A DNA stretch of 32,763 bases from a virus (IMGVR_UViG_3300033415_000009:1-32763); one strand, 5' to 3'. Numbered from the stretch's first letter, positions 1-9,105 are shown. Program-made: numbers and translations. Notes: generated by a model not told the origin, from the letters alone.

Positions 1-23
1 GGAAGAGCTTAAGGGGGTTTTAG

Positions 24-296
24 ATGGACGAGCAGCAAGCACAAGTTATTTTTGAGGCTTTGGGTTCAGAATATTTTGCTAGCCAGATGGGTGCTAGTCA
101 TTTTAAGAGCTTAGGCAATCATGGCTTGGCCTTCACTTTGCCTTTTAAGGTCAGGGTTGAGGTTATCAATATTGAGGACACGGACCGCTATAATATTGTC
201 ATTAATAACAAGCGTATATACGCTAATCTTCATAAAGTCATTTTAAAGCATATCATTACCCAGCATTTACAACTGACTGTAACCCCGATTGATTAA
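24..296 (+). CDS. Hypothetical phage protein
   Basis: 90 aa ORF with ATG start and upstream AAGGGGG SD-like sequence. It resembles small conserved phage proteins (AQxIxxxLG..F....GA..F....GL.F.LP). Confidence 0.7.
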   Translation: MDEQQAQVIFEALGSEYFASQMGASHFKSLGNHGLAFTLPFKVRVEVINIEDTDRYNIVINNKRIYANLHKVILKHIITQHLQLTVTPID

Positions 297-311
297 AAAT
301 CAAAAAAACTC

Positions 312-340
312 TTTACAAAGTCAAAAAACTAGTCTATTCT
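312..340 (+). promoter_or_regulatory. Putative sigma70-type promoter
   Basis: TTTACA (312-317), 17 nt spacer, TATTCT (335-340), upstream of the ORF at 367. A near-direct repeat TCAAAAAA(A)CT at 300-310 and 321-330 flanks the -35 box. Confidence 0.55.
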
Positions 341-366
341 ATAAATAGACAAAGCGGGGTGCAGAA

Positions 367-657
367 ATGAAAAACGACTTTACTCAAGTTCCTAAGAACA
401 CTGGAACCCACTGGAGAGTCTGCACTAACCGTAAAGATTTTAGCATCAAGCAAGTCTATGCATTGGAATGGGCCTACCAAACAGAAGAAGAGGCTTTGCA
501 GGCTATTGATATTTTAGACACTTTGAACTGTTACAAGACGTTTGCCTTTGGCAGTCTGATGGGCGAAAAGAAAGTGAAACAAATTTACTCAAGATTTTAC
601 CATGGCAAGCGTAAAGCCACGGAAACCAAAACAGTCAAAATATGCCCTGTTGACTAA
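367..657 (+). CDS. Hypothetical protein
   Basis: 96 aa ORF with GCGGGGTG SD-like sequence. It has a TAATG stop/start overlap with the next ORF. Confidence 0.7.
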   Translation: MKNDFTQVPKNTGTHWRVCTNRKDFSIKQVYALEWAYQTEEEALQAIDILDTLNCYKTFAFGSLMGEKKVKQIYSRFYHGKRKATETKTVKICPVD

Positions 658-875
658 TGAACTTAATCCTTAAACTCCAATACCTTGTAGCTCAGGCTAT
701 TGTTAACAAGCACATAGCCGAGGCCAAGGCCAATCCCACAGACCTTAAAGGCCCACTGCTAGACCCCCCTAGACCAGACCTAGACACCCCTCCATCCCAC
801 TGGAACACATGGGGGGACGCTGGCCTGCTCACCCGCCCTCGCATCTATTCCAAGTACACTAAGCAGGGCGACTAA
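657..875 (+). CDS. Hypothetical protein
   Basis: 72 aa ORF, translationally coupled to the previous gene by a TAATG overlap. Confidence 0.6.
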   Translation: MNLILKLQYLVAQAIVNKHIAEAKANPTDLKGPLLDPPRPDLDTPPSHWNTWGDAGLLTRPRIYSKYTKQGD

Positions 876-880
876 GGCCA

Positions 881-911
881 ATCCGCCCACATCCGCCCGT
901 CATCCGCCCAC
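881..911 (+). repeat. Three direct repeats of ATCCGCCC at 10-11 bp period
   Basis: atccgcccac atccgcccgt c atccgcccac, starting at 881, 891 and 902, in an intergenic region. Confidence 0.85.
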
Positions 912-985
912 TCCCAGCACCCCCTGTTTGATAAAACCCCCTTTGGCCGTTTACCATAGCTGTACCACTCAACTGAGGTCAGGCT

Positions 986-1357
986 ATGAGCATTCCCATA
1001 ACCAACGCTCCCCATCCCACTGCATCCCCACAAGGGCCCACACCAACCCCCTATCCACGAGCTAAAAAGCTCGACGAATTCAAAGTACGCAAGATTATTG
1101 AAGATATACTCAATGATGAATGTGGTGCTGTGGTCGCTGCCCGCTATGGCGTTACTCAGGGCCATGTTTCCACCATCATGTATCTGCGCTGCTGGAGGCA
1201 ATTACCCCATTCCAGTGCAACCATAGCTAAATGGAGAGAATGGCTAGGCAAACCTATCATCAGGCAGGTGACACGCTCCAAAGGGGGGCGCAACTGCAAG
1301 CCAACCTTGAAACGCTTTGATATGATGGTGAAATGTTCAGACTTTATGCGTAAATAG
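986..1357 (+). CDS. Helix-turn-helix DNA-binding protein (putative)
   Basis: KLDEFKVRKI...VAARYGVTQGHVSTI....W resembles the HTH-like DNA-binding tail of phage HNH proteins. No HNH motif is present. GAGGT SD upstream. Confidence 0.55.
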   Translation: MSIPITNAPHPTASPQGPTPTPYPRAKKLDEFKVRKIIEDILNDECGAVVAARYGVTQGHVSTIMYLRCWRQLPHSSATIAKWREWLGKPIIRQVTRSKGGRNCKPTLKRFDMMVKCSDFMRK

Positions 1358-1367
1358 GAGTTAACCA

Positions 1368-1589
1368 ATGGATAACTTTAGCGTTCTTGTTGCAACCCTG
1401 TTAGAGCGAGGCGTGGCCATTGAATTGAGGCTCACCCCATCTGCCCACACGACACCCATTGCCTCAACATCGAGTCAGCCCACTCAGCCCACTCAGCCCA
1501 CTCAGCCCACTCAGCCCACTGCCTCCAGCCAGTCTAGGCAGCAACCCGATCTGGATTCCCTGTTGTATCCTGAGGGCATCGATGGTTAA
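1368..1589 (+). CDS. Small hypothetical protein upstream of portal
   Basis: 73 aa ORF with a strong AGGAG SD; contains (QPT)5. Confidence 0.75.
   Translation: MDNFSVLVATLLERGVAIELRLTPSAHTTPIASTSSQPTQPTQPTQPTQPTASSQSRQQPDLDSLLYPEGIDG
1475..1519 (+). repeat. Tandem repeat (TCAGCCCAC)x5
   Basis: Five exact 9-mer copies, in frame, encoding QPT repeats. Confidence 0.95.
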
Positions 1590-1618
1590 CAGACAAAACA
1601 GTTGAGGGATAAAACACG

Positions 1619-3607
1619 GTGATTAAAACAGGTAATTCAGGCTACAAAGTCAAGCCAGCACTGCATTTGTTGGCAAGTAATCCTAACTCAGGCATGTGGT
1701 GGATGTTGCCCGAGGATGATCCGAAATCTTTTGCCTCGAGCATTTACCAAACGGCAAGGACCATCGAGGAACGCAACCAAGTTATCTTTGACTCGAACTT
1801 ACGGTTTTTACGCCTCTATTCAGGAAGCCCACAACTCAGCTCTACACTCAACCAGTATTCAACGAGTGCAGCTGGTAGCTGGGGAATGAGTGGAGCACGG
1901 CCCGCATTGGGTTTAAATGTGACTCAGGCGTGTGTAGACACAGTGGTTAACTCACTGTGTGAGACGAAGATTAGGCCCATGGTGGTGACTAAAGGGGGGA
2001 GTTTTAAGCTGCAAAAACGTGCCCAACTCATGAACAAATTCTCTGACGGTATTCTCATGCAGAAAAACGTTCACGAAATCACCACAGCAGCGATTAAGAA
2101 TGGTGCTATTTTTGGAACGGGCATAGTGAAAGTTGTGGCTGAAAATGGGGACATCTCCATTGATTCCATTTTGCCCACTGAGATTATCACCTGCCCCGGC
2201 GACTCCATTTACGGTAAGCCCCGCACACTTTACCAAACCCGGTTTGTGGCCAAATACACGCTTATGGAGGCCTATCCTGAGCACGCAGATGCACTAGCTG
2301 CTATCAAGTCTCAGACTGTCTCCATTGGATCTGGACATATCGTGACTGATTGTATTAAGGTGGTCGAAGCGTGGCACCTGGCAACATCCCGAAAATCGAA
2401 TGATTCCCCTAGAAGCCAAGAGATTCCCGGCGGTTGCCACGCTCTCGTTGCAGACGGATTAACTCTATTCCGTGAACCCTACCTCAAGGATCGTTTTCCC
2501 TTTGCCTTTTACAGGCACACAACGCTACCCATAGGATTCTATGGCAGAGGCGTGCCTGAAGAGCTTTTACCTATTCAGGCCGAAATCAACACACTTATGA
2601 CACGGTGCCAGCAGGCATTGAAACTGATTGCTATTCCTCGGATATTCATTGAAGAAGGTTCTCAAGTAAACGAAAACCAGTTGAACAGTCAAATTGGAGC
2701 CATCCACAAATACCGTGGGACTCCACCCATATTTAGTGCACCTCCCACTATGCCCACTGAGGTCTACCAGCAAATTGAGAGGCTGTACCAAAAGGCCTTT
2801 GAAACGCAGGGGATTCCCATGCTTCAAGCTGCGGGGAAGAAGCCCGCTGGTGTGGACAGTGGGCGTGCCTTGCGTGAATACGCCGATCAGGCCAACACCC
2901 GTTTCATCACACTCAGTCAGCAGCGTGAGCGTTTCCATATTGACGTGGCCAATCTCTATTTCGAGGCATGCCACGATTTATCAACAGAGTTTGGCACGGA
3001 TTATAAGGTCATCTCGTATGATAAAAAGGATGGCATAGAGCCCTTGAAGTACTCTCAGGTGTCTATCAAGCCGGATAATTACATTGTGCAAGTGTGGCCT
3101 ACCAACTTCTTTAGCCAGTCGCCAACTGCAAAACTTCAAGAGGTGCAAGAGCTCAGTCAGGCTGGGTTTATCCCACCTGAAGCTGCTTTAGATATCCTCG
3201 ACTTCCCTGACTTGCAGAAATACACAGAACTTGTGTTGTCAGGGCGTAGATTAGTTGAGGCAAATATAGAGAAGATGATTGAAACTGGGGAGTATATCCC
3301 CCCCGAGGAGACGGACGACCTCAAGACGGCCATGAGCCTCTCCTTGCAATACCTCTCTAAGTTCAAATTGCAAGAGGACAGTGAGGAAGCGGAACAACTC
3401 ATACGGCAGTACATGGATGATGTGGAAAGCCTCATCACCCAAGCTCAAGGATCTCAATCACAAGGAGCATCAGGAGGGCAACCCCCACCACACAGCCCAC
3501 CTGGGCAAGGTCAAATAGATCAACTTCCAATGGCACCTCCTTTAGCAAACCCAGCAGCGAGTCCAGTGAGTGACTTGCTACCCAATGCACCTGCACCAAT
3601 TGTTTAA
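1619..3607 (+). CDS. Portal protein (P22-like head-to-tail connector)
   Basis: 662 aa. Motifs N.....VD...S......RP, A..G.GIVKV, FPF......P..FYG.G..E.L..IQ.E.N and SG.AL, with a Q/P-rich C-terminus. It lies before the scaffold and capsid genes. Confidence 0.85.
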   Translation: MIKTGNSGYKVKPALHLLASNPNSGMWWMLPEDDPKSFASSIYQTARTIEERNQVIFDSNLRFLRLYSGSPQLSSTLNQYSTSAAGSWGMSGARPALGLNVTQACVDTVVNSLCETKIRPMVVTKGGSFKLQKRAQLMNKFSDGILMQKNVHEITTAAIKNGAIFGTGIVKVVAENGDISIDSILPTEIITCPGDSIYGKPRTLYQTRFVAKYTLMEAYPEHADALAAIKSQTVSIGSGHIVTDCIKVVEAWHLATSRKSNDSPRSQEIPGGCHALVADGLTLFREPYLKDRFPFAFYRHTTLPIGFYGRGVPEELLPIQAEINTLMTRCQQALKLIAIPRIFIEEGSQVNENQLNSQIGAIHKYRGTPPIFSAPPTMPTEVYQQIERLYQKAFETQGIPMLQAAGKKPAGVDSGRALREYADQANTRFITLSQQRERFHIDVANLYFEACHDLSTEFGTDYKVISYDKKDGIEPLKYSQVSIKPDNYIVQVWPTNFFSQSPTAKLQEVQELSQAGFIPPEAALDILDFPDLQKYTELVLSGRRLVEANIEKMIETGEYIPPEETDDLKTAMSLSLQYLSKFKLQEDSEEAEQLIRQYMDDVESLITQAQGSQSQGASGGQPPPHSPPGQGQIDQLPMAPPLANPAASPVSDLLPNAPAPIV

Positions 3608-3632
3608 CAGTTTACACAAGGATAAAAAAACT

Positions 3633-4430
3633 ATGGTAGATTTTAACGAACAGCTCACTCCAATTGACTCAACTGTTCCCACTGGCGAAATTCAACCAGC
3701 TGAGGAGAAAAAGAGTGAGAGGTTTTCATCGGCCTTTAGTAAACTTGCCCGTAAAGAGCAAGCGTTAAGAAAAGAAAAAGAGTCGTTCACAAAAGAGCGT
3801 GAGGAATCGAGTCAATTAAAAGAGAAGATAACCGCATGGGAACGGGCTAAGTCTAACGCAAAGTTAGATCCCAAATCAGCACTAGAGCAGCTAGGGTTGA
3901 ACTTTGAGGAGATCCAAGAGTACTTTTTAAATGGCGCTCAGCCAAGTGCTAACACGCTTGTGGAGCAGTTAAGGAGGGAACTGGAGGACACCAAAACCCA
4001 GTTTCAGAAACAGCTAGAAGAGAAAGAACAGCAGCAAACACAAGCACAAGTCGAGAGGCAAGAGAGAGAATTCAAGTTCACCATCCAATCTGAAATAGAG
4101 AAGAGTGAAGCAGAATTCTTGAAGGCCTCCGATGAGCCTCAAGAGACTGTGTACCGACTTATACAGGGCTGGTATGACAAAAACGGTGAGGTGCTTCCTA
4201 CAAAAGATGCCATTGAATTGATAGAAAAAGAATTAGAACAGGATTTCCAAAAACGTTTTGGCAAGCTAAACAAAGTTACCAGCTTATTTAAAGCCCATTT
4301 AGGTGAGCCTATGCAGTCCCCAGCGTTCCGTTCAATACCTCAAGGTCCAATAGGCAACAGTGGAGTTGACAGACGGATGAGTGAACAGGAAAGGGTAGCG
4401 GCAGCAGCTCGGTTAATGGCAGGCAGTTAG
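3633..4430 (+). CDS. Capsid scaffolding protein (putative)
   Basis: Highly charged coiled-coil (E/K/Q-rich) protein between portal and capsid genes, with C-terminal SEQERVAAAARLM. Start moved to ATG 3633 after AAGGA. Confidence 0.7.
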   Translation: MVDFNEQLTPIDSTVPTGEIQPAEEKKSERFSSAFSKLARKEQALRKEKESFTKEREESSQLKEKITAWERAKSNAKLDPKSALEQLGLNFEEIQEYFLNGAQPSANTLVEQLRRELEDTKTQFQKQLEEKEQQQTQAQVERQEREFKFTIQSEIEKSEAEFLKASDEPQETVYRLIQGWYDKNGEVLPTKDAIELIEKELEQDFQKRFGKLNKVTSLFKAHLGEPMQSPAFRSIPQGPIGNSGVDRRMSEQERVAAAARLMAGS

Positions 4431-4494
4431 ACAGTTAGTGTTTTATTAATCAGTCGGTATTTACGCAAGCGAATTATTGAAGGAGTTATCCGCA

Positions 4495-5709
4495 ATGGCA
4501 TTAGACTTTACCTCGTTCCAGTCGGCATTAAAGACACTCTACCCAGAGTGGGCGTTACAGAACATGATTTTTCAGAACAACCCATTTTTGGCGTTGATCT
4601 CAAAAGAGACGGACTTTGGTGGGGATTTTAAAAAGATTCCTATCATCATCGGTGCTCCACAGAACACCTCAGCGGACTTTAGTGTTGCCGCTAACTCAGG
4701 TGCAAGTTTAGGCACACAGTCCACTATCAAGGCATTTCTCTTAAGCCGTGCACGCAAACATACACTTGCAGAGATTAGCAATGAGATAATGAAGGCTTCA
4801 GAATCCAATAAAGATGCGTTTATCTCTGCTGTTAAAAACGAAACTGATGGAGCTATCCGTTCTATTTCCAACCAATTGGGTATGGATATATTTAGGGATG
4901 GCTCTGGCGTTGTGGCTCAATTGTCAGCCACTTCAGGCGTGACAAATACGATAACTTTAGCTGATCCTACACAGGCGATTACCCTAGAAATTGGGACTTA
5001 TTTGCGGTTTTCAACTCTAAGCACTGGTGGTTCAATCAAAACTGGTACGCTGCAAATTGCAGCCATAGATAGGCCAACAGGGACTATCACTTTATCCGCC
5101 TCTGGAGCCACGTTAACCCCTGTTCTAGCGGTTGATGACTACGTCTATATTAGTGGTAACCAGCAGGCAAATATTAAAGGCCTAGAGGCTTGGATTCCTA
5201 CCGTTGCTCCCACAAATGGAGACAATTTCTTCAACGTGGACAGAAGCGCAGATAGCCGTTTGTATGGTGCCTATGTAGACAAGAGAGGCTTCCCCATTGA
5301 AGAAGCTTTGCTGGACATGGACAGCCTTGTTTACACCGCTGGGGGTAAAGTCAGCCACATCATCTTGAGCCCTTCCCAGTACCTCAACCTCGCTAAATCC
5401 CTAGGCTCTCGTGTGATTTACCAAGAGTTGAAAGTGGGTGAAGTGGGCTTCCAAACCTATGAGATTCAAGGGATGAGTGGGCCTATTAAGGTGATTGCAG
5501 ACAGAAGTTGCCCACGGAATATCGCCTATACGCTCCAATTAGACACTTGGAAACTCAGCACATTAGGCCAGATGGTAGCGATTTACACTGGAGATGGGTT
5601 GAGCATGCTGAGAAGCACAAATGCTGATAGTGTGCGGTTACAAATCTCATTTTACGGAAATCTCGGAAATTCTGCTCCAGGCTGGAACGCCAAATGCCTT
5701 TTAAGCTGA
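4495..5709 (+). CDS. Major capsid protein
   Basis: About 404 aa from ATG 4495 with AAGGAG SD. Motifs LK.LY....L.N.....NPF.A.I.K, .RDGSG and YGNLG..APGWN. It follows the scaffold gene and is followed by stem-loops. Confidence 0.85.
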   Translation: MALDFTSFQSALKTLYPEWALQNMIFQNNPFLALISKETDFGGDFKKIPIIIGAPQNTSADFSVAANSGASLGTQSTIKAFLLSRARKHTLAEISNEIMKASESNKDAFISAVKNETDGAIRSISNQLGMDIFRDGSGVVAQLSATSGVTNTITLADPTQAITLEIGTYLRFSTLSTGGSIKTGTLQIAAIDRPTGTITLSASGATLTPVLAVDDYVYISGNQQANIKGLEAWIPTVAPTNGDNFFNVDRSADSRLYGAYVDKRGFPIEEALLDMDSLVYTAGGKVSHIILSPSQYLNLAKSLGSRVIYQELKVGEVGFQTYEIQGMSGPIKVIADRSCPRNIAYTLQLDTWKLSTLGQMVAIYTGDGLSMLRSTNADSVRLQISFYGNLGNSAPGWNAKCLLS

Positions 5710-5721
5710 TAAACATTGAAC

Positions 5722-5750
5722 AACTCGGTTAATAATTCGAGTTATTTTTT
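5722..5750 (+). terminator. Possible weak intrinsic terminator after capsid gene
   Basis: AACTCG...CGAGTT stem followed by ATTTTTT. A second 13-bp stem (two G-U pairs) follows at 5751-5780. Confidence 0.45.
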
Positions 5751-5805
5751 AATTCTCGCAAACGGGGGTTTGTGAGAGTTCTCCTTTCCCTCAATGGAGT
5801 TTTTT

Positions 5806-6183
5806 ATGTCTAATAGAATGTTTTATCCTTTGCGTGGAAGTTTGAATCGTGAGGTTGTCACTCTGTATGGTTCTGTCACCACGAGTACAGGCGGAGCTAT
5901 TGCTAGTCAGTCCTGTAAGGGTTTTAGTGTAGCCCGCGCTGACACGGGTGTTTATGCGGTGACACTTCAGGACGCTTATGCTGCGGTCCTTGACTCAAGG
6001 GTGACGTTGTCAGTCTCAGCCATCACAGCAGGCAAGGGTCAGTTGTTTGTGCTGACGACTAACACCCCTCTGAGTTCTGCTTTAGTGTTGAAGGTTTACC
6101 GGCCTGACACACAGGTTGTAGCGGATGTGGATGACGGTGCAGTTCTGCTATTTTCCATCTCCCTTAGCAGAGTGGCGGTGTAA
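5806..6183 (+). CDS. Small virion protein (capsid decoration-like, putative)
   Basis: Beta-rich protein of about 125 aa with SV.R..TG.Y.VT, directly after the capsid gene. GGAG SD before ATG 5806. Confidence 0.55.
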   Translation: MSNRMFYPLRGSLNREVVTLYGSVTTSTGGAIASQSCKGFSVARADTGVYAVTLQDAYAAVLDSRVTLSVSAITAGKGQLFVLTTNTPLSSALVLKVYRPDTQVVADVDDGAVLLFSISLSRVAV

Positions 6184-6185
6184 AT

Positions 6186-6509
6186 ATGTTGATGCGTAAA
6201 CGTGAAGACGATGGCATTCCGTCAATGAAGAAGCCTAGCCGTGACATGAGTGAAGAGAGTGGAATATCTGAGGGCACAAAAGAGCGTGGAGAGGTCACCA
6301 ACGAGCGTGAGGCTGCTGCACAGGATTTCCTTGATGCTATAGCAGACGGGGACGCTAAGGCCCTAGTGGACGCTTTTATTGCCCTAGATATGGCCTGTGG
6401 TGAGCTCGAGGATGAAGGTGAGGAAGAGGAAGAGGGGGAACCTATGGGTGAACCCAAAAAGTCACCAAAGGATCTCGTCAGCATCATACTGGCCAAGAAG
6501 AAAGCGTAA
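6186..6509 (+). CDS. Acidic hypothetical protein
   Basis: 107 aa E/D-rich ORF with an AAAQDFLDAI..GD..AL..A helical motif; starts 2 bp after the previous gene. Confidence 0.7.
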   Translation: MLMRKREDDGIPSMKKPSRDMSEESGISEGTKERGEVTNEREAAAQDFLDAIADGDAKALVDAFIALDMACGELEDEGEEEEEGEPMGEPKKSPKDLVSIILAKKKA

Positions 6510-6577
6510 GCTCTATCTCTATGAAATAGGATTTTGTAGAGATTAGCCGTGTGGAATGTCTAGATCATCGGTGTTGA

Positions 6578-7453
6578 TCAAACGGTATATTTTTTAAAAC
6601 TGGGATCAACGATCAAAGGAACGGCAGACTTCCAGTTCACACGGTGATGCAACCTTTTATTCTTAAATCCCATCTCCCGAATGCTTACAGAGCTCGGGCT
6701 GTAGAGGACAGAATAAAAACTTTTTACATAAGTTCCCAGGTCTTTGTAAATATCAGTCAAGCCCCCTTCATTAGCCTGTGTTTGCACTTGTTCAAGCCTT
6801 ATTCTGGGAACTGTTACAAACAGATATCCACGACTACCCAAATGGATATAAGCGTTTACATCTTCGTTAATTCTGCCCATGAACTTAAAGGGCTTAGCGG
6901 TGTTCATAAAGAATGCGTTCATGGCTTTACGAGAAAACAATCCAGCGGATTCCAGTTTAGCGACATTGCTACCATGGCCACCAATAAAGTCCCCTCCTTG
7001 GCTCATGGCTATACTGTGTGCTTGGCTGTCAATCAAGAATTGAGTCATAGCTAAGAACACTTTATCCAAGTTTTTCAGTCTACGTTGTGAAGTGATGTAT
7101 TGTCTTGAGTTATTAAAGATATTGGAAAAACGTGGGTAATCATCATCAAGCTGTAAAAAATAGGAAATACCTAATTCTTGAGCAACAACAAAATTCCAGT
7201 TGCGAGCATATACAACGCTGTTTGTTCTCGTTAAATTGTCTGCACTATCTGTATAGTCAATTGCTTTTTCTTTATTAAAAACAATAACTTGGTCGCCATA
7301 TAGTTTTTTATATAGATTTTCTTGTTTATCAGTGTCATCTATTAACAGATAGATTTTCCCCGTATAGCCTTGCTTCCTAAGGGCTGAATAGGTTGTTACA
7401 CGTTCAGCTCTGCCATGAGTTAAAATAAAGACAGCAAAAGAATCAGTAAGCAT
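6578..7453 (-). CDS. TAGT/GREB1-like glycosyltransferase (GT-A fold; putative DNA base glycosylation)
   Basis: N-terminal FILTHGRA, then ARN, LQLDDDY (DxD), FMGRINEDV, Q...GG.T..Y and RLHH.V.W. This pattern is typical of phage TET-associated glycosyltransferase-like proteins. Start set at ATG 7453. Confidence 0.7.
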   Translation of the reverse strand: MLTDSFAVFILTHGRAERVTTYSALRKQGYTGKIYLLIDDTDKQENLYKKLYGDQVIVFNKEKAIDYTDSADNLTRTNSVVYARNWNFVVAQELGISYFLQLDDDYPRFSNIFNNSRQYITSQRRLKNLDKVFLAMTQFLIDSQAHSIAMSQGGDFIGGHGSNVAKLESAGLFSRKAMNAFFMNTAKPFKFMGRINEDVNAYIHLGSRGYLFVTVPRIRLEQVQTQANEGGLTDIYKDLGTYVKSFYSVLYSPSSVSIREMGFKNKRLHHRVNWKSAVPLIVDPSFKKYTV

Positions 7454-8297
7454 CTTCTTCCTCATTTTCTTCACTGTTATCTTCTTCGTATATTTCATTT
7501 AAAGCCTGAGAAAGCTTTATGTAGCCATCCCTTATGGCGTGCTTGATATCGATAATAACAAGAGCACTATTCTCCATTAACTCTTGAACATCTTTATCCG
7601 AATGGCAATAATATTCGGCTATATTTTTATAATTAAACACAATGTGTCTATAAGCTGCTGCTATTAAAAAGTCCTTTTCACCTTGAGGTAAACTTTTTGA
7701 TTCTGACTCTATTTGTGCTATAAGCTGCAACGATTTTTCTTTATTGTAAAGTTCACACAATTCTGGTTTTATTTCTTTAGCTGGCCGGTATTGGATTGTT
7801 CCCGTTTTTTGAGAATAAGGGTTATTTGATCCGTCAGTATCGGTGCTAGCATCTTTTTTATTTCCGTTTATTTCATTGTCCATCTGATCATCTGAAGACA
7901 ACTTCGTGTCATCAAACCCAATGACATCCAGTTCAAAATCCTCAAGCCTCAATTCATCGAGTTCAATCTTCAACAGCTCTTCATCCCAACCAGCCTCTAG
8001 TGCTAGCTTGTTGTCTGCGAGTGTATAGGCCCGTCTCTGCGTGTCTGTGAGGTGGGCAAAGGCCACCGTGGGCACTTTATCTAACCCTAGCCTTTGTGCA
8101 GCTAGTAGTCTCCCATGGCCTGCAATAATCGTTTTACTCGCACTGTCTATGAGTATGGGGTTCAGGAATCCAAATTCTTGGATGCTGGCAGCTATTCTGT
8201 CAATCTGTTCACCTGAATGGGTTCTTGCATTGCGTGCGTAAGGGTGCAGTGAGTCAATGGGAAGATATTTGATGGAGTTGGTTAAGTTTTGTTTCAT
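7443..8297 (-). CDS. ParB/Srx-like N-terminal domain fused to a conserved helical C-terminal domain
   Basis: L.PY.RNARTH...QI..IA.SI.EFGF.NPILID....IIAGHGRL.AA..LG and RAY.LADNKL....WD..LL..EL match the phage ParB domain. Confidence 0.88.
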   Translation of the reverse strand: MKQNLTNSIKYLPIDSLHPYARNARTHSGEQIDRIAASIQEFGFLNPILIDSASKTIIAGHGRLLAAQRLGLDKVPTVAFAHLTDTQRRAYTLADNKLALEAGWDEELLKIELDELRLEDFELDVIGFDDTKLSSDDQMDNEINGNKKDASTDTDGSNNPYSQKTGTIQYRPAKEIKPELCELYNKEKSLQLIAQIESESKSLPQGEKDFLIAAAYRHIVFNYKNIAEYYCHSDKDVQELMENSALVIIDIKHAIRDGYIKLSQALNEIYEEDNSEENEEEDAY

Positions 8298-8803
8298 TGT
8301 GTTTCTCTTTTTAGATGATTATTTAAAGCATTGAGGTAAGCATGATGTGCTTCTTCTTGAGTCAAAAATCTGCCTAAGTAAAATCTTTTGCCATTGAGTT
8401 GTATGCTTGCTTGCCACGGCCTATTTATTGGTCTTATGCTTTTTTTCCTTTTAAAACAAGGTTTTCTATAGCATGTCCCCACTAAATGCCCTTTCCTGTG
8501 GCATTCTTTGTTTGATGTATTTTCTCTTCTCGTGCATTCCCTAAGATTTTCTATTCTATTGTCTCCACGATTCCCATTGATGTGGTCAATATCTCCTATA
8601 GGTTCTCTTCTGTACTCAATTATCCAAATGAGTCTGTGGGCTTGGTAATGGATCCCATTGTATCTAACCTTTCGATAACCTTGAGAATTGCATCCTGCAA
8701 GTCGTCCTATTTTAGCTCGTTGAGAAGGTCTTTTTTTCCAATAAAGCCGCCCATCTTCTTTGTCATAATTAAATAATTCTAATATTTGTTTTCTGCTTAG
8801 CAT
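8294..8803 (-). CDS. HNH homing endonuclease (HNH_3 type) with AP2-like C-terminal DNA-binding domain
   Basis: Y.AHRLIW and IDHINGNRGDNRIENLR..T..EN, then W.A.I...GKR.YLG.F.T.EEA..AY. TGATG overlap with the upstream gene. Confidence 0.92.
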   Translation of the reverse strand: MLSRKQILELFNYDKEDGRLYWKKRPSQRAKIGRLAGCNSQGYRKVRYNGIHYQAHRLIWIIEYRREPIGDIDHINGNRGDNRIENLRECTRRENTSNKECHRKGHLVGTCYRKPCFKRKKSIRPINRPWQASIQLNGKRFYLGRFLTQEEAHHAYLNALNNHLKRETQ

Positions 8804-9105
8804 CAAAACACCAGTAGCGTCACCGTCACAGGCCCAGCAGCGTTCAGCCTGAGGCTCGTCTGCGGGTATTTGTTATTGGCCTGCTCATCATAGATAACCG
8901 CCCCCGTGTTGCGTTTGACGACTAGCCAGCCTTGCAGCGCCCTTTCCAGTTTGTGGGGAATGAAGTTCGTGCCAGCTGTTAAATCAATATCTTTCAGTAG
9001 GCTCATGGTGTAAACGAGTGGGCTGATTTGGCTAAACGCCTCGGCTACTGTGTCTTGAACAAGATTCAACTCCTGAATATTTGACGCAATTCTCTTGGGC
9101 TTCAT
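8803..9105 (-). CDS. Small hypothetical protein, probably virion-associated
   Basis: 100 aa with H.L.R...GW.VV and a beta-rich C-terminus ending in VF. GAGGA SD upstream on the minus strand. Confidence 0.6.
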   Translation of the reverse strand: MKPKRIASNIQELNLVQDTVAEAFSQISPLVYTMSLLKDIDLTAGTNFIPHKLERALQGWLVVKRNTGAVIYDEQANNKYPQTSLRLNAAGPVTVTLLVF

